Part shown: positions 19,793 through 29,111 of the stretch, in pieces
How the letters are laid out: every line of letters begins with the position of its first letter
How positions within the stretch are numbered: position 1 is the stretch's first letter
Assembly: GCA_945897185.1 (NCBI GenBank)
Contig: CAMDFC010000003.1
Location: 6,078 to 70,077 of the forward strand
Source: Chitinophaga pinensis
Lineage (GTDB): Bacteria > Bacteroidota > Bacteroidia > Chitinophagales > Chitinophagaceae
Direction of reading: 5' to 3'
Length of the DNA stretch: 64,000 nucleotides
The notes under the pieces: model-generated
Database searches by the model: none
What the model saw: the letters and a program-made list of their open reading frames with translations, nothing else
What the model was told of the DNA's origin: nothing
Program-made: the position numbers and the translations under genes

Positions 19793-22435
19793 ATGTATAA
19801 ATTAATGTTCGGTATTTTCTTGTTTCTTTCAACTCAAGGTTTCGCCCAAATTCCAGGTGGTGGAAGACCAACTGGTAGCCAAAACATGAACATGGGTCGT
19901 TTTTATGGAAGAATTATGGATGCAAAAACCAATAAAAATATAGAAGCCGCATCGGTACAACTCGTCCAAAGCAAAATGGATACAGCAACTAAAAAACGAA
20001 AAGAGGTGGTTGTTTCCGGACAACTTACAAAAGGCAATGGAGATTTCAACTTAGAAAACTTGCCAATTATGGGGCAATTCAAACTAAAAATAACTGCAAT
20101 TGGTTATACCCCCTTAGAACAGACTGTAAAATTTGATGTGAATATGAACGGTGGTGATTTCTCAAAAATGCTAAACAATATTGATGTTGATTTGGGGAAC
20201 ATAAAATTAGAAATAGATGCAAAGCAATTAGAAGAAATAAAAGTAGTTGGAACAAAACCCTTCATGCAAATGGGGGTAGACAGAAAAGTGTTTAATGTTG
20301 AGAAAAACCTGGTATCAACAGGACAGACTGCTGCAGAAATGATGAAAAATATTCCTGGCGTTGATGTAGACATTGATGGCAATGTTTCACTAAGAAATGC
20401 TTCTCCAACCATCTTTGTTGATGGAAGACCTACCAACCTTACTTTAGACCAAATACCATCCGATGCTATTCAAAGTGTTGAGTTAATTACAAATCCTTCA
20501 GCAAAATTTGATGCATCAGGTGGCATGTCGGGTATCATCAATATCATTCTAAAGAAAAATAGAAAAGCAGGATACAATGGAAATATCCGAACTGGGATTG
20601 ATTCAAGGGCAAGATTAAACTTTGGCGGAGACATCAATGTGAAACAAGGAAAGTTCAACTTCTTTGCTAGCTCAATGTACAACCAGCGAAAATCAATTGG
20701 AGAAGGACAGTCCTTGCGTGAAGAATTTTTCGCTACGCCTTCAATTAAGTACAATCAAACCAACAATCCACTCAGTACAGGTTTCTTCAACTTCAATAGA
20801 GCTGGATTGGATTTCTTTGCAGACAATAGAAACACATTTACGCTTTCAGCTAGTTATGTAATGGGACAATTTGACAATACAGATAAACTTTCCATCATAA
20901 CAGATACGCTTTATTCAACAGGAACAGAATCAATTTTGTCTGATCGGTCTACAAATTCAAGCTTTAGTTTCAATAACCTTGGAACAGCACTTGGCTATAA
21001 ACACTTGTTCCGTAAAAAAGGAATGGAAATAACGGCTGATTTGAATTACAACAACAGCATAAACAAAAGTAACGGCGGTTTTCAAACCCAATATTTTGAT
21101 CTTGCCAATACTCCTAAAGGCAACTTAATTGATCAGACCCAGAATGGTAAAGGCGGGAACTCTTTTTATACCTTTCAAACGGACTTCACAAATCCACTGG
21201 GAGAAAAAGCTAAATTAGAATTGGGACTAAGAGCTGCAATAAGAGATTTCGAAAGTAATAATTTGAACTTCATCTATAGTTACGCAATTGGAGATTATAT
21301 TCCCATCACATCAATTAATGCCAATTATAAATTCAATGACAAAGTATTTGCTGCTTATGGCACTTACTCTAATACCATTGGGAAAAAGACTAATTATCAA
21401 ATTGGATTAAGAATAGAAAATTCAAAATATACAGGAACACTCCTTACCAATGGCAATACCTTTGGTAACTCCTACCCTTTGAGTCTGTTTCCAAGTTTGA
21501 ATTTTACACACCAAATTGATCAAACGCAAGACATTCAATTCAGTTTTGCTAGAAAAGTAAATAGGCCAAACTTTTTTCAAATTCTACCATTCGTTGATTA
21601 TACAGACTCACTTAATATCAGCAGAGGTAATCCAGAACTAGTACCTGAATTTACCAATTCAATTGAATTGAATTATCAAAAAACATTTAAGAAAAGTCAT
21701 AGTGTTTTAATATCCGGTTATTTTAAACAGACCAATAACTTAATCACGAGATTTCAGATCAAGGAAGAAAGCTCCATACCTGATAAAGACATTTTAATAA
21801 ATACATTTATCAATGCCAATAGCAGTCGTGCTTACGGTTTAGAATTTACAGCTAGAAATCCTGTAACAAAATGGCTAGAATTAACTACCAACCTAAACTT
21901 TTTTAATTCCGCTATCAACAGCAGTAATTTACAAGTTGATTTAAATAATTCACTTTGGAGTTTCTTTGGTAAAATAAATGCGAGCTTAAAACTACCTGCG
22001 AATTTCACCTTACAACTTGCTGCAGATTACAGAAGTAAAACAATCCTGCCACAGTCCAGTGGTTCTCGCAACGGAGGCGGCGGCGGTGGCTGGGGCGGCG
22101 GCGGTGGCGGAGGCTGGGGTGGATTTGTGCAAACATCAGCCCAAGGTTATATAGACCCCAATTATGGTTTTGAATTTGCATTAAGAAAAGAATTCTTAAA
22201 AGACAAGAAAGGTGCACTTACGTTGAGTATGAGTGATGTATTTAAAACAAAGGTTCTGGGTTCTTATTCTGAATCACAATTTTTTACCCAGACAAATTCA
22301 AGGAGAAGGGATTGGCAAGTACTCAGGTTGAACTTCAACTACCGTTTTGGTAAAATAGACGTTTCTTTGTTTAAAAGGAAAAATACAAGAAGTGGTAGTG
22401 ATGGTATGCAGGAAGGAATGCAAATGCAACAATAA
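19793..22435 (+). CDS. TonB-dependent receptor / outer-membrane beta-barrel protein
   Basis: Signal peptide (GFA-Q), DRKVFNV, IPGVDVDIDGNVSLR, SVELITNPSAKFDASG..GIINIILKK, GNPELVPEF and barrel-type C-terminus. Confidence 0.9.
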   Translation: MYKLMFGIFLFLSTQGFAQIPGGGRPTGSQNMNMGRFYGRIMDAKTNKNIEAASVQLVQSKMDTATKKRKEVVVSGQLTKGNGDFNLENLPIMGQFKLKITAIGYTPLEQTVKFDVNMNGGDFSKMLNNIDVDLGNIKLEIDAKQLEEIKVVGTKPFMQMGVDRKVFNVEKNLVSTGQTAAEMMKNIPGVDVDIDGNVSLRNASPTIFVDGRPTNLTLDQIPSDAIQSVELITNPSAKFDASGGMSGIINIILKKNRKAGYNGNIRTGIDSRARLNFGGDINVKQGKFNFFASSMYNQRKSIGEGQSLREEFFATPSIKYNQTNNPLSTGFFNFNRAGLDFFADNRNTFTLSASYVMGQFDNTDKLSIITDTLYSTGTESILSDRSTNSSFSFNNLGTALGYKHLFRKKGMEITADLNYNNSINKSNGGFQTQYFDLANTPKGNLIDQTQNGKGGNSFYTFQTDFTNPLGEKAKLELGLRAAIRDFESNNLNFIYSYAIGDYIPITSINANYKFNDKVFAAYGTYSNTIGKKTNYQIGLRIENSKYTGTLLTNGNTFGNSYPLSLFPSLNFTHQIDQTQDIQFSFARKVNRPNFFQILPFVDYTDSLNISRGNPELVPEFTNSIELNYQKTFKKSHSVLISGYFKQTNNLITRFQIKEESSIPDKDILINTFINANSSRAYGLEFTARNPVTKWLELTTNLNFFNSAINSSNLQVDLNNSLWSFFGKINASLKLPANFTLQLAADYRSKTILPQSSGSRNGGGGGGWGGGGGGGWGGFVQTSAQGYIDPNYGFEFALRKEFLKDKKGALTLSMSDVFKTKVLGSYSESQFFTQTNSRRRDWQVLRLNFNYRFGKIDVSLFKRKNTRSGSDGMQEGMQMQQ
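22073..22123 (+). repeat. GC-rich (GGN)n microsatellite-like tract with 15-bp direct repeat, encoding G6-W-G7-W-G2
   Basis: GGCGGCGGCGGTGGC at 22076-22090 and 22094-22108. Confidence 0.85.
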
Positions 22436-22439
22436 TTCT

Positions 22440-22469
22440 AAGCCGCTTCTTATGAAGCGGCTTTTTTTA
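22440..22469. terminator. Intrinsic terminator between the TBDR and convergent pcm
   Basis: AAGCCGCTTC-TTAT-GAAGCGGCTT followed by a T-run. Confidence 0.85.
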
Positions 22470-23123
22470 CCCTCTTTTTCCAATCAACATCGGTACAAAA
22501 GAGAATTCGTCAAACTTTTCCTCTAGAATAGTTCCATCTAACTGTTTTGTTAAGCGATGCATGCGTTGATTATCCCCTTCATCTAAGGGAAGAACCATGC
22601 ATCCCCCTTTTTTAAGTTGTTCCAAAAGTTTTTCCGGGATATACGGTGCAGCTGCGGTTATCAGAATCTTATCAAAAGGGGCGAATGTCGGCAGCCCTTC
22701 AAATCCATCTCCGTAGAACAACCTCAAACTTCGATATTGTTTTAGAAATTCAAACTTCTTATTTGCTTCAAATAGTTTTTTCTGTCTTTCGATTGAATAA
22801 ACTTTGGCTTTTAATTCAGCCAATACAGATGCTTGATACGCACTTCCGGTGCCTACTTCAAGAATTTTTTCAAAAGGTTTAATTTGAAGCAATTGTGTTT
22901 GGTAGGCTACGGTATAAGGCTGTGAGATGGTTTGTTCTTCTCCAATTGGAAAAGCACGATCTTCATATGCTTGTTTTTCAAATGCGGAATCAAGAAAAAA
23001 ATGACGAGGTACATTCATAATTGCCAAAAGCACTGATTCATCAGAAATTCCTTTTTCACGAATCTGATCAACTAATTTTTTTCTAAGTCCCTTATGTAAA
23101 TAACTGTCTTCGGTTGTCCTCAT
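22467..23123 (-). CDS. pcm: Protein-L-isoaspartate(D-aspartate) O-methyltransferase
   Basis: VPRHFF, AYEDRAFPIGEEQTISQPYTVA, LEVGTGSAYQA, GDGFEG and PFDKILITAAA. Confidence 0.95.
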   Translation of the reverse strand: MRTTEDSYLHKGLRKKLVDQIREKGISDESVLLAIMNVPRHFFLDSAFEKQAYEDRAFPIGEEQTISQPYTVAYQTQLLQIKPFEKILEVGTGSAYQASVLAELKAKVYSIERQKKLFEANKKFEFLKQYRSLRLFYGDGFEGLPTFAPFDKILITAAAPYIPEKLLEQLKKGGCMVLPLDEGDNQRMHRLTKQLDGTILEEKFDEFSFVPMLIGKRG

Positions 23124-23160
23124 TTCTATTTTTTCAAATTCAGATGTTCTGAATAAAAGT

Positions 23161-24888
23161 TTACTTTAAGCCAAGATCAGCAATGATTTGTTCAATTTTA
23201 TTACCAAGATTGGCGTAGGCACTATCAAATAATGCTATACTGTCTAATTTGCCCTGAACACTAAAATAAAATTTAATTTTGGGTTCAGTCCCAGATGGAC
23301 GAGCACTCACCTTACTTCCATCTTCTAAAATGAACTGCAAAACATTGCTTTGGGGAAGTTCAATGCTGCAAACTTGACCATTTGTTAAATCCTTTGCCTC
23401 TTTTTTATCATAATCATATAAACCTATCACTTTAACGCCCGCCAAAGTTTGAGGTGGATCATTCCTATATTTATCAATCATCGCAGCAATTTGCTCCTGA
23501 CCGTCCCTACCCTTTTTGGTTATAGAAATCAGGTGTTCTCTAAACAGTCCATATTTTACATACAACTCCAAAAGCTTTGTAAATAGACTCTTACCTGCAT
23601 CTTTTTCATAAGCGGCCATTTCGCAAAGCAAAGCGACAGCACTTATAGCATCTTTATCACGCAATTGATCACCAATCATTAATCCATAAGATTCTTCGCC
23701 ACCAATTATATAGTTTTCATTTGCTTCTTTCTCTTTAATTAATTCAGCAATCCATTTGAAGCCAGTCAAAACATTATAACATTTGATATTGTTCTTGGAT
23801 GCAATTAAGTCAATCATACCAGTAGTTACAATGGTCTTAACTACCATATCATTTTCTTTTGCAAGACCTTTTGTTTTTCTTGCTTCAATCAGGTAATTGA
23901 AAGCGAGGACTGCAGTTTGGTTTCCGTTAAGCAATACCCAATTACCATGATTATCTTTAACACCAATTCCAACTCGGTCGGCATCCGGATCTGTACCCAA
24001 TAGAATATCTGCATCTAAAACAGTTGCTTTTTTAAGTCCCAAACTCATGGCTTCACTTTCTTCCGGATTCGGGTATACCACAGTAGGAAAATTACCGTCT
24101 GGATTCATTTGTTCTTCTACTACATGAACATTTGTAAAACCAAATTCTTTCAAGACTTGCGGCACCATTTTGAAGCCAGTTCCATGTATGGGAGTATATA
24201 CAATTTTAAGATCATTTTGTCTCTGTATAACATCAGGATAAACGCTAAGTCCCTTTACCATACTAATGTATGCCTTGTCCATTTCTTCTCCTAGAAGGTG
24301 AATATTAGACTCCCCACCATTCCATTTTACATCTTCAACTTTTTCAATTTTTTCAACTTCAGCAATTACATTTTCATCATGCGGTGGCACCAACTGTCCC
24401 CCATCATTGAAATACGCTTTATATCCATTGTATTCTCTAGGGTTGTGTGAGGCAGTACAAACAACTCCACCATGACAATTTAATTTCCTAATGGCAAAAG
24501 AAAGTTCGGGTGTTGGTCTAAGGGATTCAAAAAGATAAACATGTATGCCATTTGCCGCCATAACATTAGCCGTAATTTCAGCAAACAACCGGCTGTTGTT
24601 CCTGCTATCATGTGCAATAGCTACTCGAACTTGCTCATTACTAAAGCAGTTAAGCAAATAGTTTGCAAAGCCTTGGGTAGCCATACCAATCGTGTATCTA
24701 TTAATCCGATTCGTACCGATTCCCATAATACCTCTTAAGCCACCAGTTCCAAATTCAAGATTTTTATAAAAAGCATCTGCCAGTTCATTGGTATTGTTTA
24801 CAGTCATTTCACGAATGACTGATTTTGTTGCTTCGTCATAGTTACCTTCCAGCCATTTATCTATACGAGATTGAATTTGGTGTTCCAT
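23161..24888 (-). CDS. pgm: Phospho-sugar mutase (phosphoglucomutase family)
   Basis: FGTGGLRG, TASHNP (phosphoserine), DPDADR, GGEESYG and RPSGTEPKIKFY. Confidence 0.92.
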   Translation of the reverse strand: MEHQIQSRIDKWLEGNYDEATKSVIREMTVNNTNELADAFYKNLEFGTGGLRGIMGIGTNRINRYTIGMATQGFANYLLNCFSNEQVRVAIAHDSRNNSRLFAEITANVMAANGIHVYLFESLRPTPELSFAIRKLNCHGGVVCTASHNPREYNGYKAYFNDGGQLVPPHDENVIAEVEKIEKVEDVKWNGGESNIHLLGEEMDKAYISMVKGLSVYPDVIQRQNDLKIVYTPIHGTGFKMVPQVLKEFGFTNVHVVEEQMNPDGNFPTVVYPNPEESEAMSLGLKKATVLDADILLGTDPDADRVGIGVKDNHGNWVLLNGNQTAVLAFNYLIEARKTKGLAKENDMVVKTIVTTGMIDLIASKNNIKCYNVLTGFKWIAELIKEKEANENYIIGGEESYGLMIGDQLRDKDAISAVALLCEMAAYEKDAGKSLFTKLLELYVKYGLFREHLISITKKGRDGQEQIAAMIDKYRNDPPQTLAGVKVIGLYDYDKKEAKDLTNGQVCSIELPQSNVLQFILEDGSKVSARPSGTEPKIKFYFSVQGKLDSIALFDSAYANLGNKIEQIIADLGLK

Positions 24889-24904
24889 TTCCGTGTTATT
24901 TTTG

Positions 24905-24912
24905 CAAACTTA
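24905..24912 (-). promoter_or_regulatory. -7 promoter element (TAAGTTTG) for pgm
   Basis: Exact TAnnTTTG match 16 nt upstream of the ATG. Confidence 0.6.
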
Positions 24913-24940
24913 ATGAAGGAACCTGTAAAAAGCCATTAAC

Positions 24941-25891
24941 TTGAAGTACAATTCCCACAGTTTGAACGAATTAGCGAAAAAATTGCTTTTCTGGTTGTTA
25001 TTGACACAATTCCTACCATTGGTAAGCTTTACTCAAGATACCATTAGAAATCAATCTTCTACCAAAAAATGGGTATTGGGTGGAGTTCAAGCAGGATTGT
25101 GGGGTGGCACTTTTTATTCCTTAAACCGCACTTGGTATGCCAATTATCCAAAATCAAAATTTAAACTGTACAATGATTGGAAGGAATGGCAACAAATGGA
25201 TAAGGCGGGTCATTTTTGGTCTACTTATCAAATCAGTAGACATACAAGCAATATCTGGCAATGGTCTGGTTTAGAGAAAAAGAAAGCCATTTGGGTAGGT
25301 GCCCTCAGTGGAATGGCCTATTTAAGCATTATTGAAATTTTAGATGGGTATTCAGATAAATGGGGCTTTAGTGTTCCAGATGTGTTGGCAAATACTGCGG
25401 GTGCGGGTTTGTTTTTGGGACAAGAATTGTTGTGGAATGAACAGCGGATAACCTTGAAGCTCTCTTATTCTCCCTATCAATATGGCGATCTCAAGTACCG
25501 GGCAGACCAATTGTTTGGATCAGGTGATGTTGAGCGTCTTTTAAAAGATTACAATGGACAAATAATTTGGGCAAGTGTGAATATTCGCTCCTTCTTGCCT
25601 GATTCAAAAGTCCCGAAATGGTTGAATCTGGCGCTGGGATACAATGCTAGAACCATGCTCGGTGGTTATGAAAACAGTTGGGAAGAACCAGTAGGAAACA
25701 ACATCAATAGAAACGATATTGTCAGGTATAAACGTTTTTTATTGTCAGTTGATATAGACCTTACCAGGATTGAAACAAAAAACAAAACATTGAAAACCAT
25801 TTTTTCAATTGTCAATGTCTTGAAAGTACCTGCTCCTGCGATAGAGTTTAACTCCTTGGGGAAATTCAGAATTCACCCCGTGGCTTATTAA
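24941..25891 (+). CDS. DUF2279 (YfiM-like) domain protein
   Basis: EWQQMDKAGH, IEILDGYSDKWGFS..DVLAN..GAG, LKDYNGQIIW and LNLALGY. Confidence 0.78.
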   Translation: MKYNSHSLNELAKKLLFWLLLTQFLPLVSFTQDTIRNQSSTKKWVLGGVQAGLWGGTFYSLNRTWYANYPKSKFKLYNDWKEWQQMDKAGHFWSTYQISRHTSNIWQWSGLEKKKAIWVGALSGMAYLSIIEILDGYSDKWGFSVPDVLANTAGAGLFLGQELLWNEQRITLKLSYSPYQYGDLKYRADQLFGSGDVERLLKDYNGQIIWASVNIRSFLPDSKVPKWLNLALGYNARTMLGGYENSWEEPVGNNINRNDIVRYKRFLLSVDIDLTRIETKNKTLKTIFSIVNVLKVPAPAIEFNSLGKFRIHPVAY

Positions 25892-26382
25892 TGTAAATAA
25901 GCGCCACCCAAACGACCATTTTCTACCTCAACTATGATATGGTCATGAAAGGTAGTTGATAAGGAAACCCCTACATAATCAACATGAATGGGGTGGGTTT
26001 TATAACTTCGCTCAACCAAAGTGAGCGTTTCAATTTTCTTTGGAGATTCAGTTAGTAATGGCAATAGTGAATAAATAAGTGTTTTACCACTGTTGACTAC
26101 ATCATCCACTACGATCACCACCTTATCTTGAAAATCAATTTCAGATTGTAGTGAACAATGCAAGGGCTGTTTTTTGTCGATATCTATTAAAATCAACGAC
26201 ACCTTAAATGGCGTAATTTCTTCCAATACCGATTTTAGAATTTGTGCAATTGCAAAACCATTTCCTTTAATCCCTGCTAAAATCAGTTCAGTCTCTTTGT
26301 TATTTCTTTCTAAAACCTCAAAAGACATTCTCCTGAGTTTCATCAGTGCTTTTTCAGCAGAAAGTATATATTTTCTTTCCAT
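25888..26382 (-). CDS. PyrR-like type I phosphoribosyltransferase
   Basis: LRRMSFEVLE, LAGIKGNG, PRPP loop VVDDVVNSGKTL and HPIHVDYVG. Confidence 0.8.
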   Translation of the reverse strand: MERKYILSAEKALMKLRRMSFEVLERNNKETELILAGIKGNGFAIAQILKSVLEEITPFKVSLILIDIDKKQPLHCSLQSEIDFQDKVVIVVDDVVNSGKTLIYSLLPLLTESPKKIETLTLVERSYKTHPIHVDYVGVSLSTTFHDHIIVEVENGRLGGAYLH

Positions 26383-26436
26383 GTAATCAGAATTAAATGA
26401 GATACAACATGTAATTTAGCATAAGAACCCTGTGAA

Positions 26437-27756
26437 ATGAATTTTATACCACAAATTCTTTTTCTCCTTAGTTTTTTAGCTGCTGTATATCTTTTTGCAA
26501 AAAAGATAGGGAGTATAAAAAGAAATATTTTTTTGGGAGTCTCTGAAAACTTGAGCGACCATCCTGAAAAAAGGTGGAAAAATGTTTTTTTATTGGCATT
26601 GGGTCAAAAAAAAATGTTTAAAAACCTTACAGTTGCAGTTCTCCATCTTGTCATTTATTTGGGATTCGTAATCATCAATATTGAGGTTCTTGAAATCATG
26701 ATTGATGGTATTGTAGGTACGCACCGTATTTTTTATGGCTTTATACCTTCCCTCTACCCTATTTTGATCAATGCATTTGAGTTACTTGCTTTAGGGGTGA
26801 TTATTGTTTGTGTCATTTTTCTATACAGAAGGAACATCATTCATTTATGGCGTTTTAAAAATGCAGATTTAAAAGGATGGCCATCAAAAGATGCTAATTT
26901 TATTCTTGTTATTGAAATAATTTTAATGTGCCTTTTTTTAACCATGAACGCCACAGATACCCTTTTACAATCAAAGGGATTTGGCTACTATAATGAGCAG
27001 CTTACTGGCAATTTTATTATTTCTTCCTTTTTGCATCCGCTTTTTAATGGATTTGAAAATACTGGGTTAGTCTTCATTGAACGAACGAGCTGGTGGCTTC
27101 ACATACTTGGAATTTTTGCCTTTCTAAATTACCTACCTTGGTCTAAGCACCTTCATATCATACTTGCATTTCCAAATGCTTATTTTGCTCGACTAACCCC
27201 ACAAGGTAAGTTTAACAATATGCTAGCAGTACAACAGGAAGTTAAAAATGCTTTCCACCCAGAACTTGCGCCAACTGAAGTGGGCAGTATTTTAAAATTT
27301 GGTGCCTCAGATGTTAACGAACTCAGTTGGAAGAATGTTTTGGATGCATACAGTTGTACAGAGTGTGGAAGGTGCTCAAATGCTTGTCCCGCTTCCCAAA
27401 CAGGAAAACTGCTTTCACCCAGAAGCATCATGATGAAAACAAGAGACAGAGCCGAGGAGTTGGGAGAAAGATTGGATAAAGGAATGGACATACAAGACGG
27501 TAAAAGTCTTTTGAATGATTACATCACTGAAGAAGAATTAAGAGCATGTACTACTTGTAATGCTTGTGTTGAAGAATGTCCGGTTAGTATTAGTCCCGTT
27601 GATATTATCATTCAACTTAGAAGGTATTTGGTAATGGAAAAAAGCACTGCCCCACAAGAATGGACGATGATGTTTGGTAATATTGAGAACAATTTTGCAC
27701 CATGGAAATTTTCTCCTGATGATCGATCAAAATGGATAGATACTTTCAATTCATAA
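26437..27756 (+). CDS. Membrane-bound Fe-S oxidoreductase subunit (TM domain + 2x[4Fe-4S])
   Basis: Five or so TM helices with His residues; CTECGRCSNACP and CTTCNACVEECP. Confidence 0.88.
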   Translation: MNFIPQILFLLSFLAAVYLFAKKIGSIKRNIFLGVSENLSDHPEKRWKNVFLLALGQKKMFKNLTVAVLHLVIYLGFVIINIEVLEIMIDGIVGTHRIFYGFIPSLYPILINAFELLALGVIIVCVIFLYRRNIIHLWRFKNADLKGWPSKDANFILVIEIILMCLFLTMNATDTLLQSKGFGYYNEQLTGNFIISSFLHPLFNGFENTGLVFIERTSWWLHILGIFAFLNYLPWSKHLHIILAFPNAYFARLTPQGKFNNMLAVQQEVKNAFHPELAPTEVGSILKFGASDVNELSWKNVLDAYSCTECGRCSNACPASQTGKLLSPRSIMMKTRDRAEELGERLDKGMDIQDGKSLLNDYITEEELRACTTCNACVEECPVSISPVDIIIQLRRYLVMEKSTAPQEWTMMFGNIENNFAPWKFSPDDRSKWIDTFNS

Positions 27757-27777
27757 CCATTGAAAACAAGCAACCCA

Positions 27778-28554
27778 ATGCAGGTACCCATTTTATCAGA
27801 AGAGATTGCCGCTGGAAGAAACCCTGAAATTCTTTTTTGGGTTGGTTGTGCAGGCAGTTTTGACCAAAGAGCACAATCCATCACCAAAGCATTTGTGACC
27901 ATCCTCAATAAAGTAGCGATTGATTATGCAATTTTAGGTTCTGAAGAAATGTGCACGGGAGATCCTGCAAGAAGATCTGGGAACGAGTTTATGTTTCAAA
28001 TGATGGCTTACCAAAACATCCAGCTGCTCAACCAATATCAAGTAAAAAAAATTGTGACTGCTTGTCCGCATTGTTTCAATACCCTAAAAAATGAATACCC
28101 AGAACTTGGCGGTAACTATGAAGTGATTCACCATGCAACACTCATTCAAGATTTAATTAACGAAGGTAAAATCGTTTTAAAAGAAGGCGGCAGTTTTAAA
28201 GGTAAAAAAATCACTTACCATGATTCTTGTTATTTGGGTAGGAGTAACAATATTTATGAGGCTCCCAGAAATGTAATCATGGCACTCGATGCGGAATTGG
28301 TGGAGATGAAAAGATGCAAAAGCAACGGACTTTGCTGTGGTGCAGGTGGTGCCCAAATGTTTAAAGAGGAAGAAAAAGGAAATACCCGAATCAATTTTGA
28401 AAGGACCAACGAGGCAATAAATACCAAGGCAACCATCATTGCTGCTGCTTGTCCCTTTTGCAATACGATGATGACAGATGGAATTAAGGTAAAAGAAAAA
28501 GAAGACGAAATACAAGTATTAGATATTGCTGAACTAATTGCACAATCCATTTAA
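27778..28554 (+). CDS. CCG-domain Fe-S protein (HdrD/GlpC/FadF C-terminal-like); the ORF track start 27760 is TTG
   Basis: FWVGC, CTGDPARR, ACPHC, YHDSCYLGR, CCGAGG and ACPFC. Confidence 0.88.
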   Translation: MQVPILSEEIAAGRNPEILFWVGCAGSFDQRAQSITKAFVTILNKVAIDYAILGSEEMCTGDPARRSGNEFMFQMMAYQNIQLLNQYQVKKIVTACPHCFNTLKNEYPELGGNYEVIHHATLIQDLINEGKIVLKEGGSFKGKKITYHDSCYLGRSNNIYEAPRNVIMALDAELVEMKRCKSNGLCCGAGGAQMFKEEEKGNTRINFERTNEAINTKATIIAAACPFCNTMMTDGIKVKEKEDEIQVLDIAELIAQSI

Positions 28555-28555
28555 T

Positions 28556-29065
28556 ATGAATTTGAACTATATAGAATTGCTACCTGAAGACTTTTCTGAT
28601 CAATCAAGGGTTTGGATATACCAATCCAACAGGTTGTTTACACTATCAGAAGCTTTGAAATTGGAGGAAATTATTGACGACTTTATAAAGAACTGGAATT
28701 CACACGGTACTTCAGTTAAGGGATTCTGCAACCTCCTTTTTGGTCAATTCATTGTATTGATGGCAGATGAACAAAATACTATTGTAAGCGGTTGTAGTAC
28801 AGATAGTTCAGTAAGGCTAATTAAAGTAATAGAAGAGGCTTTTAAAGTTTCTATGTTTGATCGAACCAAACTTGCTTTCATAATTAAAGAAAAAATTCAA
28901 CTGCTCCCACTCTCTCAAATTTCCTATGCCCTTGAACACAAGTTTATAGGAGCAGAAACCTTGTTTTTTGACCATTCTGTTTCAAATAAAAAGGAATTTT
29001 CAGAAAAATGGATTGTCCCACTTTCCAATAGTTGGTTAGGTAAACGTTATCCAGTCAATTTTTAA
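28556..29065 (+). CDS. Conserved Bacteroidota hypothetical protein with SGCS motif
   Basis: SRVWIYQSNR, WNSHG, SGCSTDS; ATG at 28556, 1 nt after the previous stop, preferred over TTG 28538. Confidence 0.72.
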   Translation: MNLNYIELLPEDFSDQSRVWIYQSNRLFTLSEALKLEEIIDDFIKNWNSHGTSVKGFCNLLFGQFIVLMADEQNTIVSGCSTDSSVRLIKVIEEAFKVSMFDRTKLAFIIKEKIQLLPLSQISYALEHKFIGAETLFFDHSVSNKKEFSEKWIVPLSNSWLGKRYPVNF

Positions 29066-29068
29066 CAG

Positions 29069-29107
29069 GTGACAATTTGTCACTTCCTTACATATTTATT
29101 AGTTTTG
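29069..29107 (+). promoter_or_regulatory. miaB-operon promoter (-33 TTTG 29076-29079, -7 TAGTTTTG 29100-29107) overlapped by palindrome GTGACAA-T-TTGTCAC
   Basis: Both consensus elements with a 20-nt spacer; perfect 7-bp inverted repeat at 29069-29083. Confidence 0.7.
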
Positions 29108-29111
29108 CAAC

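Noticed and set aside
26606-26614. Homopolymer tracts (e.g. A9 in the Fe-S gene) as phase-variation switches
   Set aside because: Such runs are frequent throughout this AT-rich sequence and all frames are intact.
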